DNA of 63,513 nt, counting the filler, from Welwitschia mirabilis (taxonomy: Eukaryota), in the NCBI GenBank assembly GCA_051453625.1. It is 6 parts of one record of this genome, joined end to end, with 100 filler letters (N's around TTAATTAATTAA, not from the genome) between each part and the next. Parts side by side here need not be neighbours in the genome. Positions count along the whole stretch, not along the records: positions 1 to 13,023 come from JBOZIK010000001.1; 5 more parts are not named here. One strand, 5' to 3'. Position 1 is the first letter of the stretch. The number at the start of each line of letters is the position of its first letter. The translations under genes were made by a program, and so were the position numbers. The notes beneath the pieces are model-generated. The model had not been told where the DNA came from. It was given only the letters and a program-made list of their open reading frames with translations, and did not search any database. Shown one piece after another: positions 1 through 11,479 of the stretch.

Positions 1-551
1 TGATTTAACTCTTGAGAGGTGTGAAGGATAAAAGAGAAGTCATAATAACTTGACACCCATGTAAATGAGAAAAGGCTGAAATACTGTTAATGTTTTTCTT
101 GCCATCTATGAGGTTTATCCTCTTCCATCATGTGCATGGACTTTATAGTTTATGCCCACAAAAACTTATTATTTCTGGCAGAAGATCATCTGTTGTGTGC
201 CTCCACAAAACTATTTCATTTTCTAATCCCCAAAAACACAGATGAAGCTTGCACATGTTTTTTAACTAAAACTTGAACCACCATTCACCACTCACCACTG
301 ACACTAGTATACTGGGTATATAAACATAAGTATGGTAATAAAATAGAGTTAAAATCATATGGCAACTTGACATCTTAATCATCAAAATATTGGTTCTGAG
401 ACCTGTATCAATAGGACTTCTTTATTGGTGCGTGTGACAATAGTAAACATTAACAAATATCTTAGGCGTGTTGCTTTGTGTCTCATGGGTTTCCCAGAAA
501 CATCCTAATGTCCCTATTTCTCATATTTCAAAAACTGTGCATAGCATAAGT

Positions 552-1028
552 AGAGCACAAAACTTAAGTACCAAGCCAAACTGTGCTCTCTAAATCAGAC
601 AAGATAAAATGCTCTTTGTGGAGTCAAGTACCAAGCCAAAGCAAAGCCACAAAGAGCACAAAACTTAAGTTCCGATCAAGGCTACGCTATGTGGAGTCAG
701 ACAAGATAAAATGCGCTCCAGATCTTCAGTCTTCCAAATCGTCATCTATTACCAGTTCTTCGCACCAAGCTAAACTGTGCTCCTTCTCTGTCATTTGTTC
801 GCAGCTTTGCGTTTGCGCTAAACTCTACTCCTCTGTCGTTTGTTCGCGGCTTCGCGTTTGCGCCAAATGAATCAGGTGCGTGACTATTTTATATGTTTTT
901 CCGACCAAACAACGATTAGTCGCCACTCAGAGAGGCGGTGACTAATCGTCGAGAGTCTGCAACTGCGCGTTTGGCGACTGAAAAATAGTCGCTGTCAGTT
1001 TTTGGAATCGCCACTTATTTAAACATTG
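552..1028. mobile_element. Probable end of a non-autonomous hAT-type DNA transposon with shuffled internal repeat modules
   Basis: Recurring modules AGAGCACAAAACTTAAGT, ACCAAGCYAAA, TCAGACAAGATAAAATGC and a 37-bp pair (786-822, 831-867); TAGTCGC/GCGACT motifs with a hairpin at 912-949; ends TTATTTAAACATTG (rc CAATGTTTAAA), resembling plant hAT termini. Other terminus not found. Confidence 0.4.
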
Positions 1029-1069
1029 TATAAAACATAATGAGTTTGCATAAGTTGATTCTGACACCG

Positions 1070-1673
1070 GTCCCTAGACAAAACAAAATGCATGCACAAA
1101 GTAGGGAAACTTCATCTTTGTGACCAAGTTTTGGAAGAAGACTGTGGGTGGAAATCTGAAATAGATCTCTGTAAAATGGTTTGAGCTTATTTGTAGGAAG
1201 GTTAGCTCTCTAATGAACATTCTCTCCATAGAGTTCAGTAGTCAAAACTTCTTTTGAAATAGCTTCTTGGAGTGAACTGACAAAAGTAATTTCTCAAAAA
1301 AAATCCTTCATTGGGATAACTGGTAACTAGAGAAATTGCTTCTAGGTTGATTTCTACTTCTCTGCTATAAACTCTAGTGCAAATAGTCCAACTAGAAGAA
1401 TCAAAATGAGCATTGCAATAAAAAAAGGTGTACAATCCATGCTGAAGCTCTTGTGTTAGAATCTAAAGCATTTAGCCACCCTTGTTCTTCAAATTTATGA
1501 ACTATTCTCATTTCTTTTTTGAAGGACTCATAATCTATCTTCCATTCAGGAGCAATGGGTCTCTTTTTAAGTCCCCCGAACCAAACCTTTCTGTGTTCTG
1601 CAGAAATGAACCATTCTTCTTCAGAGGCTGGCTCCTTTCTTTTCCTGGAGACTCCAATCTTGGTTCTCACCAT
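1070..1673 (-). pseudogene. Sirevirus extra (env-like) ORF downstream of pol, frameshifted and truncated
   Basis: MVRTK...WFISAEH...KRPIAPEW...FEEQGWLNAL, then after a frameshift FFYCNAHFD...VYSREVEINLEAI and LFQISTHSLLPKLGHKDEV. Resembles the F..xGW / EFYAN / LLP..GH motifs of plant retroelement extra ORFs, at the position of the Sirevirus env-like gene. Confidence 0.7.
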
Positions 1674-1780
1674 TGTTGAAGCAGAGGAGATCCCAGACAA
1701 CAGAGAAGGCAAGAGGGAAGGAAGATGAAGGAAGGAGAAAGTGTTCAAGAGAAAATGACAAAAAGCAAGTGAAGAAGGGT

Positions 1781-1966
1781 TTATATAAAACATCGTGGGA
1801 GCGCGGGTGTCCACACCACCTTAATCTTGGACGTCCAAGAAAAAAAAAAGGGATGTCTAGGTTTTTAAAAAAAATTTAAACCCCTTAAAAAGATGGACGT
1901 CCTAAACTCCCGGACGTCCGGGTTGTAATCTAGATGGATGTCCAGGAAAAGAGGACGGGACGTCCG
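1781..1966 (-). promoter_or_regulatory. Cluster of GGACGTCC palindromes plus TATA-like box upstream of the env-like ORF
   Basis: GGACGTCC at 1829, 1895, 1912 and 1958 plus variants; TTTATATAAA at 1781-1790; same core motif as the LTR array. Confidence 0.5.
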
Positions 1967-2102
1967 GGCAAGAAGAAGACAGAATTACACAAGTTTGACA
2001 AATAAAGGTATAGAGCAAATACGAGTTTAAAGACAGATAAAGGACCACTTTCTAGGTAATATCAAATTTAGAAGCCTAAGAATTTAAGAAAATAACTCAT
2101 AC

Positions 2103-3380
2103 CTAAGAGGGATAAGCACCTATCTCTAAATTTTTCCTTAGGTAGATAAAGTGTTCTTCATTGAGAGCCTTGGTCGTGATATTTGGAATTTGGTGATTAG
2201 TGTCACTATATTCTAATTCAACAATGCCATTTTGTACTTGATCTCTGATGAAATGGTGTCTGATGTCAATGTCTTTGGTACAAGAGTGTTGAACTGGATT
2301 CTTTGTAATACTTATGGCACTTGTGTTATCGCAGTACATTTTGATTGTTGGAATCTTTACTTCGAAATCAACTAGCATTTGTTTCATCCAAGTGAGCTGT
2401 GCACAGTAAGCTCCAGCAGCAATGTATTCAGCATCTTCTGTAGATAGGGATGTTGTGTTTTGCTTCTTGCTTAACCAGGATACAAGGCAGTTTCCCATAT
2501 AGAAACAAGCTCCGCTGGTGCTTTTTTTGTCATCATTGCAACCTGCCCAATCTTCATCACCATAGCCAACAAGATCAAGGGTAGTATCGTATGAATACCA
2601 TAATCCAAAGTTCTAAGTATATTTCAAATATTTTAGGATTCTTTTCACACAAATATAGTGGGATTCTTTTGGGTCTGATTGATACCTGGCATAAACACCT
2701 ACACTGTGAGCTATGTCAGGTCTACTTGTTGTAACATATAAGAGACTCTCAATTATTCTTCTAAACAATTTCTGATCGATTTGTTTACCTTTCTCATCTT
2801 TGCTGATCTTCACACTAGTAGATAAAGGTGTTCAAGAAATTTTCCCATTGCTCATGTCATATTTCTTAAGAATATCTTGAATGTACTTGGTTTGACTAAT
2901 AAAAATGCAAAATTGCTTGATTTGTAAACCAAGAAAGAAATTTAGCTTTCCTCCCATAATCATTTCGAATTCATTTTGCATAAGCTCAGCAAATTCTTGA
3001 ACTAAATCTAACTTTGTTGAACCGAAAACTATATCATCAATATATACTTGAACTATCAATTTATCTTGATTTTCATGTTTTACAACCAGAGTTGGATCAA
3101 CCTTCAAAGCACGCTCTAGGCGCTTGCTTTAAACCATGTAGGGCTTTGTTCAATTTATATACAAAATTGGGAAACTTGGGATCTGTAAAACCTAGAGGTT
3201 GTGCTACATAAACTTCTTCATTTATGAATCCATTTAAGAAGGCACTCTTTACATCTATTTGAAACAATTTGATTTTATAAAAACAGGCACAAGCTAACGA
3301 CATGCGAATTGCTTCTAACCTAGCTATTGGAGCATATGTCTCACTATAAACTATACCTTCTTGTTGACTGTATCCTTTTT
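2103..3380 (-). pseudogene. Copia reverse transcriptase and RNase H, frameshifted
   Basis: KGYSQQEG..YSETYAPIARLEAIR, QIDVKSAFLNG, ALHGLKQAPR, QVYIDDIVFGS, SRPDIAHSVG, VSWLSKKQ...AEYIAA, YCDNTSAI...DIRHHFIRD. Confidence 0.93.
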
Positions 3381-3935
3381 GCCAGAAAAGCTAGATCTAA
3401 CCAATTTTCCTTTAATGTAAGCCTCGCAAATTTTTCCTTGAGCTATGTTCAATTTTGGAATACCTCTGATTATTTCTTTTGAGGAGACAGTTTTCAAATC
3501 TTTCAAATTCATGTGTCTTAGACGTGTATGCGATAAATCAGCCTCATTGACTTAGACTAAATAACATCTTTCATTAGGTTTATCATCACAGCCTAGAACA
3601 TACATGCATTTTGATCTCACACTGGTAAGAATGTTTTGATTTGTTATAGCATTTCTGATAACACATCTGTCATGATAGAAAGATACTACATTTCCTCTAT
3701 CACAAATCTGAGAGATACTAAGGAGATTATGCTTCAATGCATCAACTAAATAAACATCATTTATAACTTGATGATAATTAGAAGCAGCAATAGAACCCTT
3801 ACGCATGATCTGTCCCTTGTTGTTGTTGTTCCCAAAAGTCACTTCACCACGATCATATTCTTGAAATGAGGATAGCAGGCTTTCATTCCTAGTCATGTGT
3901 TTAGAACACCCACCATCTAGGTACCATCTAGTTCT
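3381..3935 (-). pseudogene. Copia protease and GAG-pre-integrase region
   Basis: WYLDGGCSKHMT near 3895-3930; LKHNLLSISQICD; HTRLRHMN...GIPKL...CEAYIKGK. Confidence 0.88.
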
Positions 3936-3938
3936 TTC

Positions 3939-6471
3939 CTAAGTTTTAAAGACTGTGTGGGCAAATAACGATGTGACAACGTTCTTTTTCACCCATCTCT
4001 TGGTGATTTGAGGCTTTTGATTCAGCAATTTAGGATCATTTAGCTTAACAAATTTGAACCAACTATTTTCATAGCCAAAGTAAATGGATTTCTTTAGAGG
4101 ACAAGCATATTGAATGCGCCTATATCTATTGCAAAAAAAACACTTCAAGATAACTTTACCAAAAGATTGCAATTTAAGACTTGGTTGGAAAAAGTTAAGA
4201 ATAGGAGACTTGCTTGAATGGCTTCCCAATCCTGATCTGTCGAGAGGTGATTTCCCCATATCTAACAGACGGTTGAGGTTGTCCCTTCCTTGGGCCAATC
4301 TTTCAGCTATTCTTTTGGAATCCTGCAAGTCCTCAGATAACTCTTCTATTTTCATGTTAGCTTGTGATTGTTCAATACCTGGAATAGAGTTAGGATGATC
4401 TGGACTTTGCTCCTCGCTAAGAAAGGCAACTAATCCAAAGTTCAAGGATTCATCATCACTTGATTGAGCTTCATCAATTGACTCATCATCCCAAGTGACC
4501 TTAAGAGCTTTCTTTCCCTTGANNNNNNNNNNNNNNNNNNNNNNNNNNNNNNNNNNNNNNNNNNNNNNNNNNNNNNNNNNNNNNNNNNNNNNNNNNNNNN
4601 NNNNNNNNNNNNNNNNNNNNNNGATGATAATTAGAAGCAGCGATAGAACCCTTACCAATGATCTGTTCCTTGTTGTTGTCCCCAAAAGTCACTTCACCAC
4701 CATCATATTCTTGAAATGAGGACAACAGGCTTTTATTGCTAGTCATGTGTCTAGAACACCCACTGTGTAGGTATCATCTAGTTCTTTCCTGAGCTTTAAA
4801 GGCTGCATGGGCAAATAACGATGTGACAGAGTTCTTTTTTACTCATTTCTTGGTGATTTGAACCTTTTGATTCAACAATTTAGGATCATTTTGCTTAATA
4901 AATCTGAACCAATTATTTTCATAGCCAAAGTATATGCATTTCTTGAAAGGACAAGAATATTGAATGTGCCAATATTTATTGCAATAAAAACACTTCAGGC
5001 TAACTTTACCAAAAGATTGCACTTTCAGACTTGGTTGGAAAAAGTTAAGGATAGGATACTTACTTGAATGGCTTCCCAATCTTGATTTGTCAAGAGGCGA
5101 TCTCTCCATGCCTAACAGACGGTTGAGGTTCTCCTTTCCTTGGGCCAATCTTTTAGCTATTCTTTTGGAATCCTGCAAGTCTTTAGATAACTTTTCTATT
5201 TTCATGTTAGCTTGTTTTAGATTTAGTTTTAGATCTGATATTTGTTTTTTATATAAAACATTCTTCTTATCGAGATCTAGACCAACTTCATATAATTTCT
5301 GATAAGCATAAAAAATATCAATATTTTCAGAATCATTATTAGATTGATTTTCAATTTCTGAGCATACCTGTGGTTGATCAATACCTGGAATAAGGTTAGG
5401 ATAATCTAGACTTTGCTTCTTGCTAAGAAAGGCAACTAATCCAAAGTTCAAGGATTTGTCATCACTTGATTAAGCTTCATCATCTTACTTATCATCCCAA
5501 GTGACCTTAAGAGCTTTTTTCCCTTGAACTTAGGTTTTTTTCATTTCTCTTGTTAGTACATTCAAAGGCAACATGACCAAATCCCTTGCACTCGTAACAT
5601 TGAATGGATGAAGAAGAGCTCCTACCTTTGTCATTCATTCTTTGGGAGCCAATTTTTGAATTTTTGAACTGTTTCTTTTTCCTGAGAAATCTCTTGAAGT
5701 CGCGAGTTAGTGAGGCTAGATCATCATCTGCTTCATCATCACTTGAGGACTCTTCTTCATGATCATCATTGGCTTTGAGGGCAATGTTCNNNNNNNNNGG
5801 AATTTCTTCTTTGAGAAGAAGAGTGGCTTCATATGCTATTAGAGATCCTTTTACTTCTTCAACTCTCATTTTGTCGATATCCTTGCTTTTTTCTATGGCT
5901 GTGATCTTGGGTCTGAACTTGGTGGTGAGACTCCTCAGAATCTTCCTTACTACTCTGTTTTTTGGAACTCTTTCACCTAACCTCCATATGCTATTCGCAA
6001 TGTTACTGATTTTCGTGGTATATTCTACCATGGATTCCGATTCTTCCGTTTTGATGTTCTCGAATTTTGTGGCTGAGAGTTGTAGCTTTCAATTTTTGAC
6101 GATATTGGTTCCTTCATAAGCTACTCTTAGAGTGTTCACATATCTTTAGCAGTCATACAGTGAACTACTCTGTCACACTCTTCAGTGGATAACACATAAA
6201 TGATTGCATTCATTGCCTGGGCATTTATCTGAACAATTTTCTTATCATTTGCATCCCAGCTATCTATGGGTTTTGGCACTTCTTTTCTGTATATATCAGT
6301 TTCAGTTGGAGGAGTGTAGGCATACTTTACTACAACCCAAATATCCGGATTTAGAGAGGTTAAGAAGATGCTCATCTTGGATCTTTAGCGAGCATAGTTA
6401 TTGCCATTGAAGAAAGGAGGTCTGGAGACTGCCTAACCTTCTGGATACCTTGAAAAGTTAGAGGATGCCAT
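3939..6471 (-). pseudogene. Copia gag with zinc knuckles; C-terminal part and protease start duplicated across an N gap
   Basis: ATG at 6471 (MASSNF..SRPPFFNGNNY), VRKILRSL..KFRPKITAIE, CYECKGFGHVAFEC, KALKVTWD, CFYCNKYWHIQYSCP; stops and frameshifts throughout. Confidence 0.9.
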
Positions 6472-6520
6472 TGAAATTGATCCTGCAACAGAAGTTATGT
6501 GTAGATCTAGAGCAACCCGA

Positions 6521-6531
6521 CTCTTATACCA
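6521..6531 (-). promoter_or_regulatory. Primer binding site (tRNA-iMet), degenerate
   Basis: rc TGGTATAAGAG versus canonical TGGTATCAGAG, 2 nt after the LTR end ...CCTAACA. Confidence 0.8.
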
Positions 6532-6533
6532 AT

Positions 6534-7552
6534 TGTTAGGATCTGAAGGCATCCTAGAGGGAAGTTCAATAGGTATAAAAAATATCTTGCAATAACAGAA
6601 ATTTTAGATCTGAAAATAAATGAACATAAAATAGTACAGAGAACTAAAGAGAAGATAAAACAAGTGCACCAGATTTTTATAGTGGTTCAGCCAAGCATAC
6701 TCCACTCTTAGGGGGTAGCAAACAACTATCAACCTCCTGGTTCCCTTATCTTCAAAAGGATCTTACAACAACTCCTTCACACAGATTTCGTACAGCTTCC
6801 AGGCCACTACTCAAATCCTTGAGCCACTTACAAACATAATGAGAAAGAATGTTGCCTAATACAATCGTCCCTAATTCTAGCACTATTCATCAGTGTAGTC
6901 TCCAAAGATCAATCTTCTAATGAAGATAGATTGCTCAATGCAGTACAATAGCTTTCAGAAATGAAGCGAGTTGGTATAGAAGAATTCTAGAAATGCACAA
7001 AATATCCCTTTTCAAAATGGTGCATACTTTACAATACAATACTATAGAGAGGTATTTAAGGAGAAGAAGAATAACTAGGGTTTAGATCCTTGAAGTATGT
7101 GCCAGACGACCAAAAGAGAGTCGTTGTAATGTTGAAATCCGCAGCTAACGTCTTTAAACGGCTATATTACTGTGCCACTGGATAAAAGGCCAGACGTCCC
7201 ATCGAGGGGACTCGGACGTCCTGATTTTACAGGATGGACGTCCCAGTACAAATTACTGGGAGCAGGTCCAGACGTCCCGGTTTCACAGGGCAAATGTCCC
7301 AGTATAGTCAGACCGAATATAGAGCCGGACATCCCGGTTTCACAGGGCAGGCGTCCCAATACAAAAAATTGAGCAATTGTTTCGGTGTCTCGATTTCACA
7401 GGGCGGATGTCCCGATCTAATGAAAGCTTATTTTCAGACTTGCGAGTTTGATTCTTATCATTGAAAATACATGTTCCAACAAAGTTGATTGGCAATGTTT
7501 TCAAGCATTGTCTGGATGTTGCCTCTAACTTTTCGGAGATGATCATACCTCA
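6534..7552 (-). repeat. Sirevirus 5' LTR (~1.0 kb) with GGACGTCC-based repeat array at about 7185-7415
   Basis: rc begins TGAGGTATGATC and ends GATCCTAACA; degenerate C-rich CCCTCTAGG motif near the 3' end; similar to LTR pieces at 12948-13292 and 54479-55666. Confidence 0.8.
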
Positions 7553-8290
7553 TTTTTCTAATTGCAGTGTCTTGTAGGTGGGCAAAGGGTCAAACTTTTC
7601 CAAGCTTATTAAGAATTACAGAATTTACACATGAAAGATCTATGTTAATGTGGAGAGTCTTCTAAGGCCTACATTGATGTAGCTAATGCAAGACTCTCCC
7701 ACATGCAAATCTTCTGAAAGTGGCCTCTAATTTTAACCAAACCTAGTGTAGCTTTGCCAATCTTGTTGAAGATTGTCTTGTTGTGCCTCATGCTTCACCT
7801 TGAAGAATTCACATGCACTCTATATTCAACTAGCTTCTCCATTAATGCAGGCTTTGGTTTGTTTAACCTTGATGCAACCATCTTTATTGCCTGGTTCTTG
7901 AAGTACTTAGAGAGATGGTGCATTTCAGGTAGAATGGGAGTTCCATATGCCTGCATGCTTGTGAGCGAGGATGAACTAGTGAATCTTATCATGAGATGGA
8001 GGTCACCCATCTTTTTAAGACCAAAAGGAGTAAGAAGAAGCAATGGTTACAGAAGGTAGTAGCTCTTGTCGGTTGCAAGTGCTGAAAGGTTAATTCTAAT
8101 GTTGCCATTTCTTAAGTCTTTACTTCGTCTTGAGGAACCTTTAGATGCTTGTGTGAGATGAGTATTGTCAAACATCACAATGAAAATGAGAATGCAAGGT
8201 TATACACCTTCGAGTTGCATTGCTCATTCAGTTTTTTGTTCGAGCCTTCAAGTGCTCTCCTCTTGACCCATTTCAAACCCATGACCATTT
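7553..8290 (-). pseudogene. MCTP: MCTP (multiple C2 and transmembrane, FTIP/QUIRKY-like) fragment: last C2 domain to start of PRT_C
   Basis: Manual translation gives LKWVKRR..LNEQC, FDNTHL, KDLRNGNIRINLSALATDKSY..PLLLLTPFGLKKMGDLHLMIRF, YGTPILPEMHHL, NQAIKMVASRLNKPKPAL..LVEY, FQKICMW, EKFDPLPT. Collinear with MCTP KWVRTRT..WNEQY / KDSRIGKVRIRLSTLETD..YPLLVLHPSGVKKMGELHLAIRF / EEFDTFPT. Stops and deletions present. Confidence 0.85.
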
Positions 8291-8769
8291 CTTTTCACAA
8301 ATCATTTTCTTAAAATACACGATTTTAAAAACAACAAACAACATTTTTATTATCATCAATAGTTTGATTGTTTAGGACAAGAATTTGTACGTCAAACTTA
8401 GATTTTGAACCATGATTACATTAAAGGGTTTGAATTATTTATTACAATGGCATTGTAACATTAATGGCAATTTTAATATTTCCATCATACTCTTCCTTGA
8501 CATTAATGTCACAATGCAAAACACACTCATGTAGTGTTTTAAATTGCATCAAGAATTTAAAAAAGCACACAAACAATCACACTAACAATCAAGAATTAGA
8601 CCAGAAATTTGGAAAAGCTTGTTGCCATTTTTATAGGTGGTGCAATACTAACATTTTCATGTATTTTGCTCTTAACTCTCTTCCTTGACCTTAATGTCAA
8701 GGACCTTGAGTCTCTTTCTTAGATTTGGGAAGCGGGCTTTGTGAGGTTTTATTTCTCTTCTTCTTTAAG

Positions 8770-9065
8770 GATGAATTCATATTATATTATCATACGAATC
8801 TTCTTGTGAGTTCTTCTAAGGGGAGAGTTCTTAAATCTAAGACATTGTGGAGAGTGATGGCAATGGGCTTGAAATGGGTTAAGATGAGAATAGTTTAAGG
8901 CCTGAACCCAAAATGGAATGAGCATTGCACTTGGGAGGTGTCTGATCCTTGAATCGTCACTGCCATTGGAGTCTTGGACAACAATCATCTGGTGAAGCAG
9001 CTAAAGGTTCCTCAAGACTAAGCCAAAGGATTATGTGCTTGGATGCATTGACCTATATATCTTAG
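8770..9065 (+). pseudogene. MCTP: Second MCTP C2-domain fragment in opposite orientation
   Basis: 8863-8990 reads GLKWVKMRIV*GLNPKWNEHCTWEVSDP*IVTAIGVLDNNHL, matching MCTP GQKWVRTRTIIDSFNPKWNEQYTWEVFDPCTVITIGVFDNCHL. Confidence 0.82.
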
Positions 9066-10029
9066 TGGATTTGCATTAATACAGGTGTATAGGAGTGTCC
9101 CTTTGGCCAACTTTAAATAGGGCTACACTCTTTGGAATCCGGTAGATGAGTTGGCATTATTACTTTGATGTGTGTTTCTTGGACAATTTAAGTCTAGTAG
9201 CTGACTTGTGTTTTTTGGTTGTGTTGCTTGATCTATGTCTTTGGTTTAATTGTTTCAGAAACGACAACATGCACATGGTTTTGCAGTTTGCATCTGTAGT
9301 ATTGGATTGATACTATCTTCTGTTTGCTAGCTTGAGGAGACTAATCATTCTTGTTACATCTGGAGAATAAACCACAAACATGGTTATAACCAATGAGTAA
9401 AATGTTGGCAAATTAAAATGTTGGCGGACTCAAAAAGTCGTGTCGAGAGACATGTCGCCATTGTGTCAGCAATATGTTGGAGCAAAATGTCGGCAATTGT
9501 TTTTCTCAAAAAAATTCAAAGCTTATTAATTTTATCAGATGTGCAACCAATCAATGCTCTAGTGGCAGAAATGTATTTTTCATGGGAAACTTGTGATTTT
9601 TCCCTTCAATTTTNNNNNNNNNNNNNNNNNNNNNNNNNNNNNNNNNNNNNNNNNNNNNNNNNNNNNNNNNNNNNNNNNNNNNNNNNNNNNNNNNNNNNNN
9701 NNNNNNNNNNNNNGGGACTATATAAAAATATATAAAGTCACACTATAAAGGAATAAATAACATCAAGAGATTTGGTTTCACTTCCAACACAGACAACCCA
9801 AAGCAACTTTAAAGGAAAAACAATAACAGAAAAATATAGATGTGGCTTTATCAATCTTAAGAATCTTCCACTGGATGATAAATCTATGAGACTTTTCTAA
9901 AACAAAGTGATGAAATTCAATGATAGAACTATTAGAAAAAGTGACGCGAAATCTCCATGATCGAACTGTTCATAAAGGTGAAGCGAAATCCCCTAGGTGG
10001 AACTCTAGTGTGTTAATGCTGAAATGAGC

Positions 10030-10260
10030 TTTCAAGAAGGAGGCATGCATTGGGGCAGAGAGAGAAGGTTCTTTGGCTACTGCTTTAGCTATCAAAGATG
10101 GTTTATGTCTTTGGGTTGTTCTAATCTAATAAAGGGCTCTATTGTTTTTGTGGAGGTAGGATATAACAGGCTCAAACTACATTAATTTCTGTCTTTATTA
10201 GCTGTTTCTGATGTTGCTGTTTTCTTTCACATTGTGTTTCTATTTTTTGCCATGTTTTTG
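10030..10260 (+). repeat. Degenerate copia-type LTR fragment of a family recurring in the window
   Basis: Aligns by eye with 28640-28850 and 38570-38830, and in reverse with 27393-27600 and 49560-49720 (TGCTTTAGCTAT...CTAAT...GGTAGG...AAAC). Confidence 0.55.
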
Positions 10261-11479
10261 TAGAAGGAATACCTTATCACTTTAAAATCCCGTGTCCATT
10301 GTTTTCAGCCATTAATTGGAGCATGTAGAAAAACCACAAGAAAAGAGACAACATCAATTGGAACATGTGAGAAGCATCTTTGCAATAAAACATCCATTTG
10401 AGTTAGGCTTGCTCAAGCACAGAGAAAGAAAAACATATATGTAACATCCAAAACAGCACTTGTGACTCATCAAAAAAGCTAAAATTTGTTGTCAACTTCT
10501 TGACTCACTTGATTTTGACTTGTTTACATGAAAGAGAAACAAAAAAGATGAAGATAAACAACACTGTCTATGGATGAATTTTGTTGTGTAATGTATAAAA
10601 TGAATCTATAAAATGAATTCATATGACTTTTAGCATTCCATTACACATCAACAACATAGAGTGTCTAGAATGAAGAATGAGTGTTAAGTTCCAATTGACA
10701 ATTAGATATTTACCCTTCATAAGGTTTAAGACCCCTTTTTTATCAAAAGGTTGCAAAATTTTTTTCAAAAATGAAATGTGACTCTTTATTAGTTGCACAA
10801 ATAAATTTTTTTGACTTACATGACTGGTGAGTTACTCATCATGAGTAAACACCTTGTGAAATTAGAAAGAAAACTCAGTTTGACTCCCAATTGGACACAC
10901 AAGAAGTCTTTATAACTCCTAATTGTTGTTAGTTATGGCCTTAGGAGAAAAGCTATATCCTAGCTTAGTAGCATCAAAACATAATATTCTTCCTCCATAG
11001 AGCCAACTTGTCAAAAGGATTTGGCCTTGAAGACATCGTATTTACATTTGAGTTTAGGTTAGTCTTTCTTGATATGTCTATTTTTATGATTAGTGTCAAC
11101 ATCTCTGTCTACTTGTTTGGTGAATGTCTAAGTTCCTTGACTATAATACAATGTTCATGCCTTTATTAAAATCTAGTACATACATGGTATTACTAATACT
11201 CATCATTAGGTTCCAACATTACTACTTAAACTCATTATTAGGTTATCCTAACTCTAGGCAATGAACTCAAAAGTACCATAGCCCTATCCTCGCTAGACAT
11301 CTTTATCCTAGCTTATCGATTTCAGATAGAATGGTGGTCAATCCTAAAAAGATAAAACATCACGCATTTATTCGCCTTTGGTTTTAAGCTATTTAGTTTT
11401 TGATGCTAGAAAATGTAGATATTGTTTTTGCCTAAGAGGGCATTTTGAATCTATGCCATGAAGCATGAACAGAGGTCCA

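Larger units (their letters stand above)
1070..7552 (-). mobile_element. Sirevirus (SIRE/Maximus Ty1/copia) LTR retrotransposon, degenerate, 3'-truncated, integrase core deleted
   Basis: 5' LTR 7552-6534 (TG...CA), iMet PBS, gag, protease, pre-integrase, RT, RNase H and then an extra ORF, all on the minus strand. No PPT or 3' LTR seen. Confidence 0.9.

Noticed and set aside
583..870. 95-aa ORF with internal repeats
   Set aside because: Translation of nucleotide repeat modules, non-ATG start, no recognisable domain.
7162..7546. Several overlapping short ORFs
   Set aside because: By-product of the GC-rich LTR repeat array.
9380..9520. TGTCG/TGTTGGC-rich stretch as a MITE end (loosely similar in reverse to 36530-36590)
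   Set aside because: Too degenerate, next to gaps, no paired TIR or TSD.
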